Assembly: GCA_031404135.1 (NCBI GenBank)
Contig: JANNHA010000071.1
Coordinates: 6,198 to 70,197, forward strand
From: Verrucomicrobiota bacterium
Lineage (GTDB): Bacteria > Verrucomicrobiota > Verrucomicrobiia > Opitutales > Opitutaceae
DNA length: 64,000 bases
Reading direction: 5' to 3'
Shown here: one piece after another, positions 51,153 to 60,263 of the stretch
Numbering within the stretch: the first letter of the stretch is position 1
Layout of the letters: the number at the start of each line of letters is the position of its first letter
Notes under the pieces: generated by a model
Told to the model about the DNA's origin: nothing
Database searches by the model: none
What the model saw: only the letters and a program-made list of their open reading frames with translations
Made by a program: the position numbers and the translations under genes

Positions 51153-51526
51153 GTGAAGACTCCTTTTTTCCAGGCGTAAATGATTACCAGTGATAACGTC
51201 CCTGTGAACATCGCGACTTCCACGAGATCGCGCCATTCGAAGACGCGGTTGTAGACGAGAGCGACGGGGATAAGATAAAGTACATCAACGGCGAAGGCTA
51301 CGAAGACCAGCGCATAGAGGTAGTAGACGGCGCTATAGCGGATCCAGGCGTCGCCGATCGGTTCGACGCCGCATTCGATGAACTGGCCGGTTTTGTTCGC
51401 CGTCTGACGGGTCGTGTTGCGAGGAGCCAGGAAGAACACGAGTACGAAGGGGCCGGCCGCGAACACCAGTCCGCCTAACGCGAACAATACCACGTAGATG
51501 AGATCTCCTGATAGGGTTTCGTTCAT
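51116..51526 (-). CDS. nuoA: NADH:quinone oxidoreductase-like complex, subunit A
   Basis: 3-TM protein. [13 protein letters not shown] and [18 protein letters not shown]. Start MNETLSG at 51526. The ORF is open to 51634. Confidence 0.85.
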   Translation of the reverse strand: MNETLSGDLIYVVLFALGGLVFAAGPFVLVFFLAPRNTTRQTANKTGQFIECGVEPIGDAWIRYSAVYYLYALVFVAFAVDVLYLIPVALVYNRVFEWRDLVEVAMFTGTLSLVIIYAWKKGVFTWTRRNPTPRKS

Positions 51527-52084
51527 CGTGAAGCCCGGGCTGGAGACCCGGGGGAAAGTGAAATCTGCGGCATGTTGCCATAATGCGACACAATCCAGGA
51601 ACCAGCATCGCAGGGGTTGCCGAAGGCTGCGCATTTCTTGCGACGCGTGAATGCACAGGATAAATAAATCTTATCTGCTAGCGACGGAGAATAAGTTTTC
51701 ATGGTGTTAATAAGGTGAAAAGCATTTCAACCCATTCCCCGTGCAGTCTAGAGCTGGCGAAGATACGTGGGCGTTGTTGAACAGCCGGGATGATGAGTGA
51801 TGTAAAGGGATAGACCGCGATTCATCCGGTGGGTTTTGCAGCGGCAAAGGCTCAGTGCAACCCTTGTTTGGGGTTATACATTGGCGAGGGTGCCGTGTTA
51901 TATTGTTTTTAGTGGTCACCCTGCCGAGGTTCCCCAATCCGGATGTTGACACCGTCGGAGGGCTTTCTCGAATATGGTGGCAGTTCCGAGCCCAGCTCAT
52001 CACAGCCTCCACTCCCTAGTCTCCGGTGAACTGAAAGTCTGTTGGGACCGGTCGGACCAACTTCTCCCCCTAATAATTCAGTCC

Positions 52085-53845
52085 ATGAAAATTCCAATCC
52101 ACCTCAGTGCCCTAAGTATTCTGCTCACTTTGGGTGCATTCCTAATTTGCCCTCTGGCCCAAGCAGCTAAAAGTGGCGGCGCTCCAGCGAAGGACGGCTT
52201 TGTCCCGCTGTTTAACGGCACGAACTGGGACGGCTGGTATTTGAAAATCAGAAATGGTGATGCCGAGTTGGCGAAGCGCGTTTTTGCGATAGAAGACGGC
52301 ATGGTTCATGTCTTCAAAGACCTGCCGGATGGTTATCAGCTGAACCTAGGCACCAATGATACCCACGGAATGTTTTACACCCAAAAGAAATTCAGTAAGT
52401 ATATTCTCAAGTTCGACTACAAGTGGGGAAAAAAGAAACTCAGCAACTTTGATCAATTTCAATATGATGCGGGCTGCTACTATCATGTGGTGAACGATAA
52501 GATCTGGCCGAAGGGCATCGAGTATCAAGTGCGTTTCAATCATTTGAAGGACAAGAACCACACGGGTGATTTTTGGGCCGACGGTCTGGAATGGTATTGC
52601 GATCAGAACAAAACCTTTCGCCTGCCGCAGGACGGCGGAACCGCAAAATTGGGCCACAGTGGCGAACACCTAGGGCTGGTCACCGACAACTTCCACGGGT
52701 TGGATGACCGATGGAACGAGTGCGAGGTGATCGTGATGGCAGATCAATATGCTATCCACAAGCTCAACGGGCAGGTCGTCAACTATGCCACCAAGCTACC
52801 GTATAGCGAAGGCATCATCGGCTTTCAGTCGGAGACGGCTGAAATCTTCTATCGCAACATTCGCATCAAGGAGTTGGCGGAAGTGGTTCCAGCTGAGAAA
52901 TTCCTGACGAAAACCGTCCATGATATAGCTTTCCCACAGACATTTAAGTATGAAGGTAATCCTTTATCCCGCTACCATAGCGCGACAGATCCGGACGTTC
53001 AGGTATGGGACGGGGTCGTCTGGATGTATTGCTCTCAGGACAGGAATATGAAATCGGGTGTGCATGAGCATCATTATGATGCCATGGATGGATACCATGT
53101 ATTCTCTTCAACCGATCTGGTGAACTGGACTGATCATGGTGAAATCATACACTCGAAGGATATAAGTTGGGGCAAGGATGGTTGGCTGTGGGCACCAGGA
53201 TCAGCTCGTAAAAATGGTAAGTATTACCTGTATTATCCGCATCAGGATAAAACAGGCACATGGAGGATTGGTGTGGCAATCGGTGATTCACCGAAGGGAC
53301 CGTTTAAGGATACCGGAAAACCTATCGAAGGTATTACCGGAATTGACCCGAAGATTTTTATCGATGACGACGGCGAGGCATATATTTATAATAATAATGG
53401 GGTGGTGGCGAAGCTGAAGCCCAATATGATCGAACTAGCCGAGGAGGTTCGCATGGTTGATTATGCCCCGAAGGAAGTTACCGAAAATGAAAATTTGAAG
53501 TTCCTTGAGGGTTCATACATGCACAAGAAAGATGGCGTGTATTATTATTCCTACAGCAATTGGAAAAACAAAGAGCTTCAGGGTTTCTATGCAATGGGGA
53601 AGAGCCCTTACGGGCCCTTCGAGTGGAAGGGGGCCATGGCACCTCATCCGCAAGGAGCCCAAGATCATCATTCGATCATCGAGTTCAAGGGGAATTGGTA
53701 TTATTTCTATCATATCGCAATTCCCGGGTTTCCTGTATATAAAGAGCAGCAGGGGCGCATCGCTTGTTACGAAAGGTTGTATTACAACGGGGATGGAACC
53801 ATAAAAATGGTGGAGCACACCAGGGGTGGCCCCAAACGCGATTGA
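52085..53845 (+). CDS. Secreted DUF1080 (3-keto-disaccharide-hydrolase-like) + glycoside hydrolase family 43 fusion
   Basis: Signal peptide MKIPIHLSALSILLTLGAFLICPLAQA. DUF1080 block FVPLFNGTNWDGWYL...IGFQSETAEIFYRNIRIKE. GH43 blocks ATDPDVQVWDG, WAPGSARKNGKYYLYY and EGSYMHKKDGVYYYSYS. Confidence 0.8.
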   Translation: MKIPIHLSALSILLTLGAFLICPLAQAAKSGGAPAKDGFVPLFNGTNWDGWYLKIRNGDAELAKRVFAIEDGMVHVFKDLPDGYQLNLGTNDTHGMFYTQKKFSKYILKFDYKWGKKKLSNFDQFQYDAGCYYHVVNDKIWPKGIEYQVRFNHLKDKNHTGDFWADGLEWYCDQNKTFRLPQDGGTAKLGHSGEHLGLVTDNFHGLDDRWNECEVIVMADQYAIHKLNGQVVNYATKLPYSEGIIGFQSETAEIFYRNIRIKELAEVVPAEKFLTKTVHDIAFPQTFKYEGNPLSRYHSATDPDVQVWDGVVWMYCSQDRNMKSGVHEHHYDAMDGYHVFSSTDLVNWTDHGEIIHSKDISWGKDGWLWAPGSARKNGKYYLYYPHQDKTGTWRIGVAIGDSPKGPFKDTGKPIEGITGIDPKIFIDDDGEAYIYNNNGVVAKLKPNMIELAEEVRMVDYAPKEVTENENLKFLEGSYMHKKDGVYYYSYSNWKNKELQGFYAMGKSPYGPFEWKGAMAPHPQGAQDHHSIIEFKGNWYYFYHIAIPGFPVYKEQQGRIACYERLYYNGDGTIKMVEHTRGGPKRD

Positions 53846-54176
53846 TCCGGCCCCCCACGTCTTCGGAACGGCGGACCTGGTGATGGCCGCCTCCGCTGGA
53901 TTGCACATTTATTGCGTTAGTGCAGGGCCTTGATTGGGTGGCCAAGCAAGTACCTGCGCTGATTCCATTCAGGAGCTTGGCGACTACCGCATAAAATGGG
54001 TGCTCCTTTTGATTTACCGTTTTACATCTAAATATTTTTAATAATAGAAATAGGAATCCAGTGCAGGTACGGAAGCCAAGACGAGGCTCGTCGGATCTGA
54101 AGTGATTGAACTCGCTTTCCCCCGACGTCCAAGCCTAGGTGCCGATCAGCAATTATTCAAAAACGAAGGCCTTAAA

Positions 54177-55088
54177 ATGAACGAATCAATTACAAAATAT
54201 GCATCCATCGGATTGGTCCACTTTATGGCCTATCCGTCCACCATCAAGGGCGAGGGCCCAATCGAAGAAACCATCCGGAAAATTGCGGTTGATGATTATT
54301 TCCAAGCTATCGAAATAACCTGGATCAAGGACCCCGCCACGCGCGCCAAGGTTAAGAAGATGCTCGATTCCTCGCACCTCACCGTGGCTTACGGTGCGCA
54401 GCCCCGTCTCCTCACGACCGGTCAGAACATGAACAGCTTGGAGGAAACCAAGCGCCAGGAGGCCGTTGCCAATCTCAAGGCGGGCATTGATGAAGCCTAT
54501 GAAATGGGTGCCGTCGGGTTTGGCTTTCTGGCGGGTAAATATACGGAGGACAAGAAAGAGGAGGCCTACCAAGCGCTGGTAAAGTCCACCAAGGAGATCT
54601 GCACCTACGCCAAGTCGAAGGGTAAAATCAAACTCGCCCTTGAGGTGTTCGACTACGATGTCGATAAGTGCTCTCTCATCGGCCCGGTCGCACTGGTGAA
54701 GCGGTATGCGACGGAGATTTGCGCCGAATTCGACAATTTCGGACTGATGGTGGATCTGAGCCACGTTCCGATTATTCATGAGACGATCAGGGAGTCACTC
54801 GTGCCGGTTAAGGACTTCATCATTCATGCCCACATGGGGAATTGTATGCTGCGTGATAAGAAGGATCCGGCGTATGGTGATGCACATCCCCGTTTCGGCT
54901 ATCCCGGCAGTGAAAACGACGTCAACGAGCTGGTGGAATACCTCAAGGTGCTCTTGGAAATCGGTTACCTGAATCCGGATAAGCGCCGCATCCTCAGTTT
55001 CGAGGTCAAGCCAGTCGGCGATGAGGATCCCGATATCGTCGTGGCCAATGCCAAACGGGTGCTGAATCTCGCATGGGCCCGCGTTTAA
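54177..55088 (+). CDS. Sugar phosphate isomerase/epimerase (xylose-isomerase-like TIM barrel)
   Basis: About 300 aa. The pattern of E/D/H metal-ligand blocks (LALEVFD, MVDLSHV, HAHMGN) fits the AP_endonuc_2 TIM-barrel family. ATG at 54177 preferred. Confidence 0.6.
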   Translation: MNESITKYASIGLVHFMAYPSTIKGEGPIEETIRKIAVDDYFQAIEITWIKDPATRAKVKKMLDSSHLTVAYGAQPRLLTTGQNMNSLEETKRQEAVANLKAGIDEAYEMGAVGFGFLAGKYTEDKKEEAYQALVKSTKEICTYAKSKGKIKLALEVFDYDVDKCSLIGPVALVKRYATEICAEFDNFGLMVDLSHVPIIHETIRESLVPVKDFIIHAHMGNCMLRDKKDPAYGDAHPRFGYPGSENDVNELVEYLKVLLEIGYLNPDKRRILSFEVKPVGDEDPDIVVANAKRVLNLAWARV

Positions 55089-55171
55089 ATCTTTAGCAAA
55101 CTCGAATCTTCAACTCAAGACACGGGGCATCTCAGTATCCGCTCCGTGCACAACCCTAAATCAAAATAGAC

Positions 55172-56137
55172 ATGAAAATCGTTATATTAGATGGTTACAC
55201 TCTTAATCCCGGCGACCTGAGCTGGAGCGCCCTTGAGGCGTATGGAACCTGCACCATTCATGATCGCATCGATCATTCGCCTGAATCAGTGATCGCCGCC
55301 ATCGGCGATGCAGATATCATCTTCACGAATAAGACCCCGCTGCCCAAGGGGGTGCTGGAGAAGGTGCCGTCCGTTAAATATATCGGAGTTCTGGCCACCG
55401 GCTATAATGTAGTCGATGTCGCTGCCGCCACCGAGCGCGGAATCGCCGTCACGAACATCCCGACGTATGGAACCACGGCTGTGTCACAGTTCGCTATAGC
55501 GATGCTACTGGAAATGTGTCATCATGTTTGGGATCACAGCGAAGCCGTAAAGAAGGGCAAATGGACGAGTTGTCCCGATTTCTGTTTTTGGAATTATCCG
55601 CTCATCGAACTGGCGGGTAAGACGATGGGCATCATTGGATTCGGACGAATTGGTCAGGGGACCGCTAAGATCGCTGAGGCGTTGGGAATGACCGTTTTGG
55701 TACATGACCAATATGTTAACCCTGCTCTTGAAACGCCAACATGTAAGTATGTCGCGCTTGATGTATTATTTGCTAAATCGGATGTCATCAGCCTGCACTG
55801 CCCGTTGTTTGACAGCACCAAGGGCATCATCAGCAAGGCCAGTATCGCGAAGATGAAGGATGGAGTCATGATCATCAACACCTCACGCGGTCCACTGATT
55901 GTTGAGCAGGATCTGGCGGACGCCCTTAATAGCGGGAAAGTCGCTGGGGCCGCCGTTGATGTGGTTTCGAAAGAACCTATCTCCAGCGACAATGTATTGT
56001 TGAAAGCCAAGAATTGCATCATCACCCCGCATATTGCATGGGCTCCCAAAGAATCACGTTCACGGCTCCTGAACACCGCTGTGGAGAATCTTGGGGCTTT
56101 CCTCAAGGGCTCGCCAGTCAACCTTGTAAAGGCCTAA
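55172..56137 (+). CDS. D-2-hydroxyacid dehydrogenase (glycerate/hydroxypyruvate reductase-like)
   Basis: GKTMGIIGFGRIGQGTAKIAEALGM NAD-binding motif and TPHIAW catalytic His block. Confidence 0.85.
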   Translation: MKIVILDGYTLNPGDLSWSALEAYGTCTIHDRIDHSPESVIAAIGDADIIFTNKTPLPKGVLEKVPSVKYIGVLATGYNVVDVAAATERGIAVTNIPTYGTTAVSQFAIAMLLEMCHHVWDHSEAVKKGKWTSCPDFCFWNYPLIELAGKTMGIIGFGRIGQGTAKIAEALGMTVLVHDQYVNPALETPTCKYVALDVLFAKSDVISLHCPLFDSTKGIISKASIAKMKDGVMIINTSRGPLIVEQDLADALNSGKVAGAAVDVVSKEPISSDNVLLKAKNCIITPHIAWAPKESRSRLLNTAVENLGAFLKGSPVNLVKA

Positions 56138-56141
56138 TATT

Positions 56142-56522
56142 ATGAACAAGAAAATCGTAAACACTAACAAAGCACCCGCTGTGATCGGCCCGTTTAATCA
56201 GGGTATTATCGCTGGGAATCTGCTGTTCACCTCGGGGCAACTCCCGATGCATCCTGAAACGGGAGCGGTTCCCCAAGGTATCGAGGCCCAGACGATTCAG
56301 GTGCTGAATAACTTGAAGGCCATTATTGAGGCGGGAGGTGCGAGCCTGAACGATGTCGTGAAGACAACGGTCTACCTTCAGCACATCAGCGACTTCGCTG
56401 TGGTGAACAAGATCTACGCGACCTACTTCCCGGAAAACGCACCGGCGCGCGCCTGTGTCGAAGTCTCTAAGATGGCAAAAGATGCTCTTGTCGAAATAGA
56501 TGCGATTGCTGTTCTGAAATGA
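56142..56522 (+). CDS. ridA: RidA/YjgF-family reactive-intermediate deaminase
   Basis: 126 aa. TNKAPAVIGPFNQGIIAGNLLFTSGQLP ... PARACVEVSKMAKDALVEIDAIA. Confidence 0.9.
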   Translation: MNKKIVNTNKAPAVIGPFNQGIIAGNLLFTSGQLPMHPETGAVPQGIEAQTIQVLNNLKAIIEAGGASLNDVVKTTVYLQHISDFAVVNKIYATYFPENAPARACVEVSKMAKDALVEIDAIAVLK

Positions 56523-56601
56523 TACTTCTTCAACACCCCCATCGATCCCTCCCGCCCACAGGGCTGCCCGTTGAGCTTGTTGGCGCAATCAAGAATACCC
56601 C

Positions 56602-57561
56602 ATGAAAATCAAAGCGACAATTGACAGGATTCCGGGAGGGATGATGGTCATCCCGCTCCTCCTTGGAGCAATCATCAAAACATTCTTCCCTGAGTTTTTG
56701 AAGATTGGAGGTTTTACTACGGCGATCGCTACTAATCCCCTAGCGATCTTGGGCGTTTTTCTCGTCTGCATGGGCGCGGGCATGGATACCAAGGCCGCTC
56801 CCAAGGCACTGAAGATCGGTGTCATACAAACACTCACCAAGTACGGCATCGCCGTTGCCATCGGTTTGTTCGTTAGCCATTATTTCGGAGCCGACGGGCT
56901 GTGGGGCATCTCCGCCTTGGCCTTCATCGCAGCCATGTCTAGCACCAACGGTGGATTGTACACCGCCTTGACGGCCGAGTTCGGAACAAAGGAGGAAGTC
57001 GGCGCAATCGCTATTCTCTCCATTAAGGATGGTCCGTTTCTAACCATGATTGCATTAGGTTCGGCCGGGATTGCCTCCATTCCACTAATGACATTGGTCG
57101 GTGTCATTTTGCCGCTGCTCCTGGGTGTTATACTGGGTAACCTTGACCCTGATCTGCGCACCTTCCTGTCAAAGGCAGGCATGGTCATGATTCCATTCTT
57201 TGCCTTCGGCTTGGGCTGTGGTATCAATCTTATGACAATCTATCAGGCAGGTTTTTCTGGAGTGTTATTGGGTTTGTTGACGGTCGTGGTTTGCGGCTTC
57301 TTCACGATCCTCACTGACAAATTATCCGGGGGCACCGGGGTCGCCGGAGCAGCCAATGCGAGCTCAGCCGGTAACGCCGTAGCAACTCCTGCTGCGGTGG
57401 CGATGGTTGATCCTTCGTTAGCTGCCACTGCGGCGGTGGCAACCCCTCAGGTGGCCGCTGCGGTAATCACAACTGCTCTGCTGGTTCCGGTATTAACTGC
57501 CTATGTGGCGAGAATGAATAAAAGAAAATTGGCGGCGGCTGAGCTTGGAACGAACGCGTGA
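56602..57561 (+). CDS. kdgT: 2-keto-3-deoxygluconate permease
   Basis: N terminus MKIKATIDRIPGGMMVIPLLLGAIIKTFFP closely follows the KdgT family start. About 10 TM segments. Confidence 0.85.
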   Translation: MKIKATIDRIPGGMMVIPLLLGAIIKTFFPEFLKIGGFTTAIATNPLAILGVFLVCMGAGMDTKAAPKALKIGVIQTLTKYGIAVAIGLFVSHYFGADGLWGISALAFIAAMSSTNGGLYTALTAEFGTKEEVGAIAILSIKDGPFLTMIALGSAGIASIPLMTLVGVILPLLLGVILGNLDPDLRTFLSKAGMVMIPFFAFGLGCGINLMTIYQAGFSGVLLGLLTVVVCGFFTILTDKLSGGTGVAGAANASSAGNAVATPAAVAMVDPSLAATAAVATPQVAAAVITTALLVPVLTAYVARMNKRKLAAAELGTNA

Positions 57562-57590
57562 CCTGAACTTTTGCTAGCCTGAAATGAGAT

Positions 57591-58520
57591 TTGAATACTA
57601 ATCCCTTAACGAAAAACTTTGTGAATAAAAGAACGTTCCAAGCGCTATTGGCGATGGTCGCCTGTTGTTTGCCTCATCTGATATTCGGACAGCATCTAAA
57701 AGAGAAGCTCCCGCCCGTCCTGTTTGAGCATTTACGCCTGAATGTGGCCGATAAAGAGGCGACCGCAAAATGGTATGTTGAGAATGTCGGTCTTGAAATT
57801 ATTCCGACAGAAAATAAGGAGGTGGTGTATGTGGCCGATAAAGATCGGCATTTCATGTTTGAATTCAGCTCCATCCCCGGACTGAAGTCCAATTACGCTG
57901 ATATTGATATCGACGGTTTTCATTGCGCGTTCGAAGGACACAAGACGATTGAAGCCGTTGCCGAACGGATGTTGAAAAATGGTGCCACGCAGCTAGGTGA
58001 AATTTATCGAAACAAGGTCGGTGATTTTGTACTCAATCTGAAAGATATAAATGGGCTAAGTGCCCAATTGATTCACCGGATCGACCCCTTTTATCCCAAG
58101 CCGGTAAAGAGCTCCATCCGCTTTGAACATTTTGCGTTCAATACCACTAATCAGATGGTGTCGGCCCTCTGGTATGTGGAGTTCATGGATCTCACTATTC
58201 CGTGGTCAAAGGATATTGATAAAACAAACAATATGTTCCGCAACTATCGCGTTCCGTATGTCGGTGATGTCGCGCAGCGCATGTCGATGGAACTGTTTGG
58301 CAAAGAAATCCCGTGCTCCTTCTATAATCTGCCGCATAACGTCATTCACCTGGCCTTCAATACCGACGAACCGGAGAAATTGGCGAAACAGATGATCTTT
58401 GGCGGTGCCAAACAGGTGGGTGAAAAACGAATCGAGGCCAATGGGGACGTGGTAGTTGATCTATATGATCCACGGGGTGCTCCGTTCCGATTGATCAAGC
58501 GCATGAAGCCGATATTATAG
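57591..58520 (+). CDS. Tandem VOC/glyoxalase-fold protein, possibly secreted
   Basis: Two halves each begin with a VOC-like beta-alpha-beta unit (FEHLRLNVADKEATAKWYVENVGLEI; FEHFAFNTTNQMVSALWYVEFMDLTI). TTG start at 57591 is uncertain (ATG at 57654). Confidence 0.55.
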   Translation: MNTNPLTKNFVNKRTFQALLAMVACCLPHLIFGQHLKEKLPPVLFEHLRLNVADKEATAKWYVENVGLEIIPTENKEVVYVADKDRHFMFEFSSIPGLKSNYADIDIDGFHCAFEGHKTIEAVAERMLKNGATQLGEIYRNKVGDFVLNLKDINGLSAQLIHRIDPFYPKPVKSSIRFEHFAFNTTNQMVSALWYVEFMDLTIPWSKDIDKTNNMFRNYRVPYVGDVAQRMSMELFGKEIPCSFYNLPHNVIHLAFNTDEPEKLAKQMIFGGAKQVGEKRIEANGDVVVDLYDPRGAPFRLIKRMKPIL

Positions 58521-58613
58521 GCCCAAGGATTTTTTTGAAATCGCGTTTGTTATTTGGCGACCGCGCACGAATCAACCGCAGTATACAATTATCGAAAAGA
58601 AACACCGCAAATT

Positions 58614-59945
58614 ATGGAAACAAAATACCGCAAATTGGCCCATGAGATGATCATGACCGGCGTAAATACCGCCGATCCCCGTCAATCGATCAAAAGCAAT
58701 GTCCGCGTGGAGGGTGACACCCTCACTGTGCGGACCGACACCTACTCCCTAAAGGACTACGACCGCGTCCTGCTTTTTGGTATCGGCAAGGCGGCGACGC
58801 CTATGTGCCAGGCCTTTGAAGAGATCTTGAAGCCTGACGGCGGGCTCGTGATCACGAAGATCGGCGCAGAAATCGGCATCGCGGAGGTGAAGTCCATCCC
58901 CGTCATGCGCGCCTACCACCCCGAACCCCGCAAGGAGAATGCAGAATACAGCCGGGTTATTTTGGACATGATCGATGCCATTGGTGCCAACGAACGCGTT
59001 CTGGTTTTCCTGATGGTGTCCGGCGGCGGCTCGGCCCTGTTCTCCTGCGCCCCAGCCACGGTCAGCATCGAAGACAAATTCACGCTCAACCAGCTGCTCA
59101 TGAAATGCGGCGCGAACATCCATGATATCAATACCATCCGGAAACACTGTTCCGATGTGAAAGGCGGCAAGTTTGGCCAGCGGGTGGCGGCCAAGGGCGC
59201 CACGCTGATCTCCCTGATCCTTTCCGATGTGGTCGGTGACGACTTGAGCGTCATTGCGTCCGGACCCAGTTACAAAGATGTCAGTACCTTTGCGGACGCG
59301 GTCCGTTTGCTGAAACAATATAACATTTGGGAAGAGACGCCCAAGTCGATCCAGGACCACATGCAGCGCGGCTTGGAACATCCCGAAATGGAACCTCCGC
59401 GCGAGGTGCCGAAGAAGGTGCATAATTATCTGATCGGAAATAATCTGGCCGCCCTGCATGCGGTGAAAGCCATCGCCGTGAGGGAGGGCTTTAACACGAT
59501 GATCTTGACCAGTCAGAATACCGGCGAGGCCAAGATTTCCGCCAAAGCGTATATGGGCATCGCCAAGGAAATTCAGGATTCAAACACCCCGTTGCAGCCA
59601 CCGGCCTGCCTGATCGTCGGCGGGGAAATGATTGTGACTTTCAAGTGGGAAGATCGCGATGGTTTTGGTCCGACGCGTGAGTTTGTTCTGAGCTCGGCCA
59701 TCGAAATCCAAGGGCGCAAAAACATCGTGATCGCCGCCTGCGACTCCGACGGAGTGGATGGCGATGGTAAGTCCGGGGCGATTGCCGATGGTCAGACCGT
59801 GGCCCGGGCGACCTTGGACGCGAAGCACTACTTGGACACGCATGATGCGGAAGCGTTCTTCGACAGCCTAAACGATTCCATCGAGTTCAAGAGCATGACC
59901 AACGTGAACGACATCATCGTCATCTTCGTTGGCCCGAAAGAGTAA
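58614..59945 (+). CDS. Glycerate 2-kinase (DUF4147 + MOFRL family)
   Basis: LLFGIGKAATPM, VSGGGSALF, INTIRKHCSDVKGG, and a C-terminal MOFRL-like AACDSDGVDG. ATG at 58614 preferred over TTG at 58554. Confidence 0.8.
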   Translation: METKYRKLAHEMIMTGVNTADPRQSIKSNVRVEGDTLTVRTDTYSLKDYDRVLLFGIGKAATPMCQAFEEILKPDGGLVITKIGAEIGIAEVKSIPVMRAYHPEPRKENAEYSRVILDMIDAIGANERVLVFLMVSGGGSALFSCAPATVSIEDKFTLNQLLMKCGANIHDINTIRKHCSDVKGGKFGQRVAAKGATLISLILSDVVGDDLSVIASGPSYKDVSTFADAVRLLKQYNIWEETPKSIQDHMQRGLEHPEMEPPREVPKKVHNYLIGNNLAALHAVKAIAVREGFNTMILTSQNTGEAKISAKAYMGIAKEIQDSNTPLQPPACLIVGGEMIVTFKWEDRDGFGPTREFVLSSAIEIQGRKNIVIAACDSDGVDGDGKSGAIADGQTVARATLDAKHYLDTHDAEAFFDSLNDSIEFKSMTNVNDIIVIFVGPKE

Positions 59946-60263
59946 TTCCATTCGGCAGCGCGGGCCATCACGGCCCGCAGCTGCTCAGTCAGGCCCGATC
60001 GCAAGATCGAAATGTTCCCATGACGCCCACGCCGCTGGTTCTGCTGCCTTCGCCCTCGATCACTCTGAACCCCTCTGGGGAGAAGAACGGTCGGGTCGCA
60101 TTGAGGCGGATGCGGCCAACTCTGCCTGAAAGTGCCTACCGTCAAAGAACACACGATCCCAATCCGCAGGCGCGAGGGTGGTTTTGAGTGGGATAAATTC
60201 TTTCTCACCACCGATGCACGCATCCGCCGCGCAATAGATCCGAAAACTCAGCCTTCATCCCCC

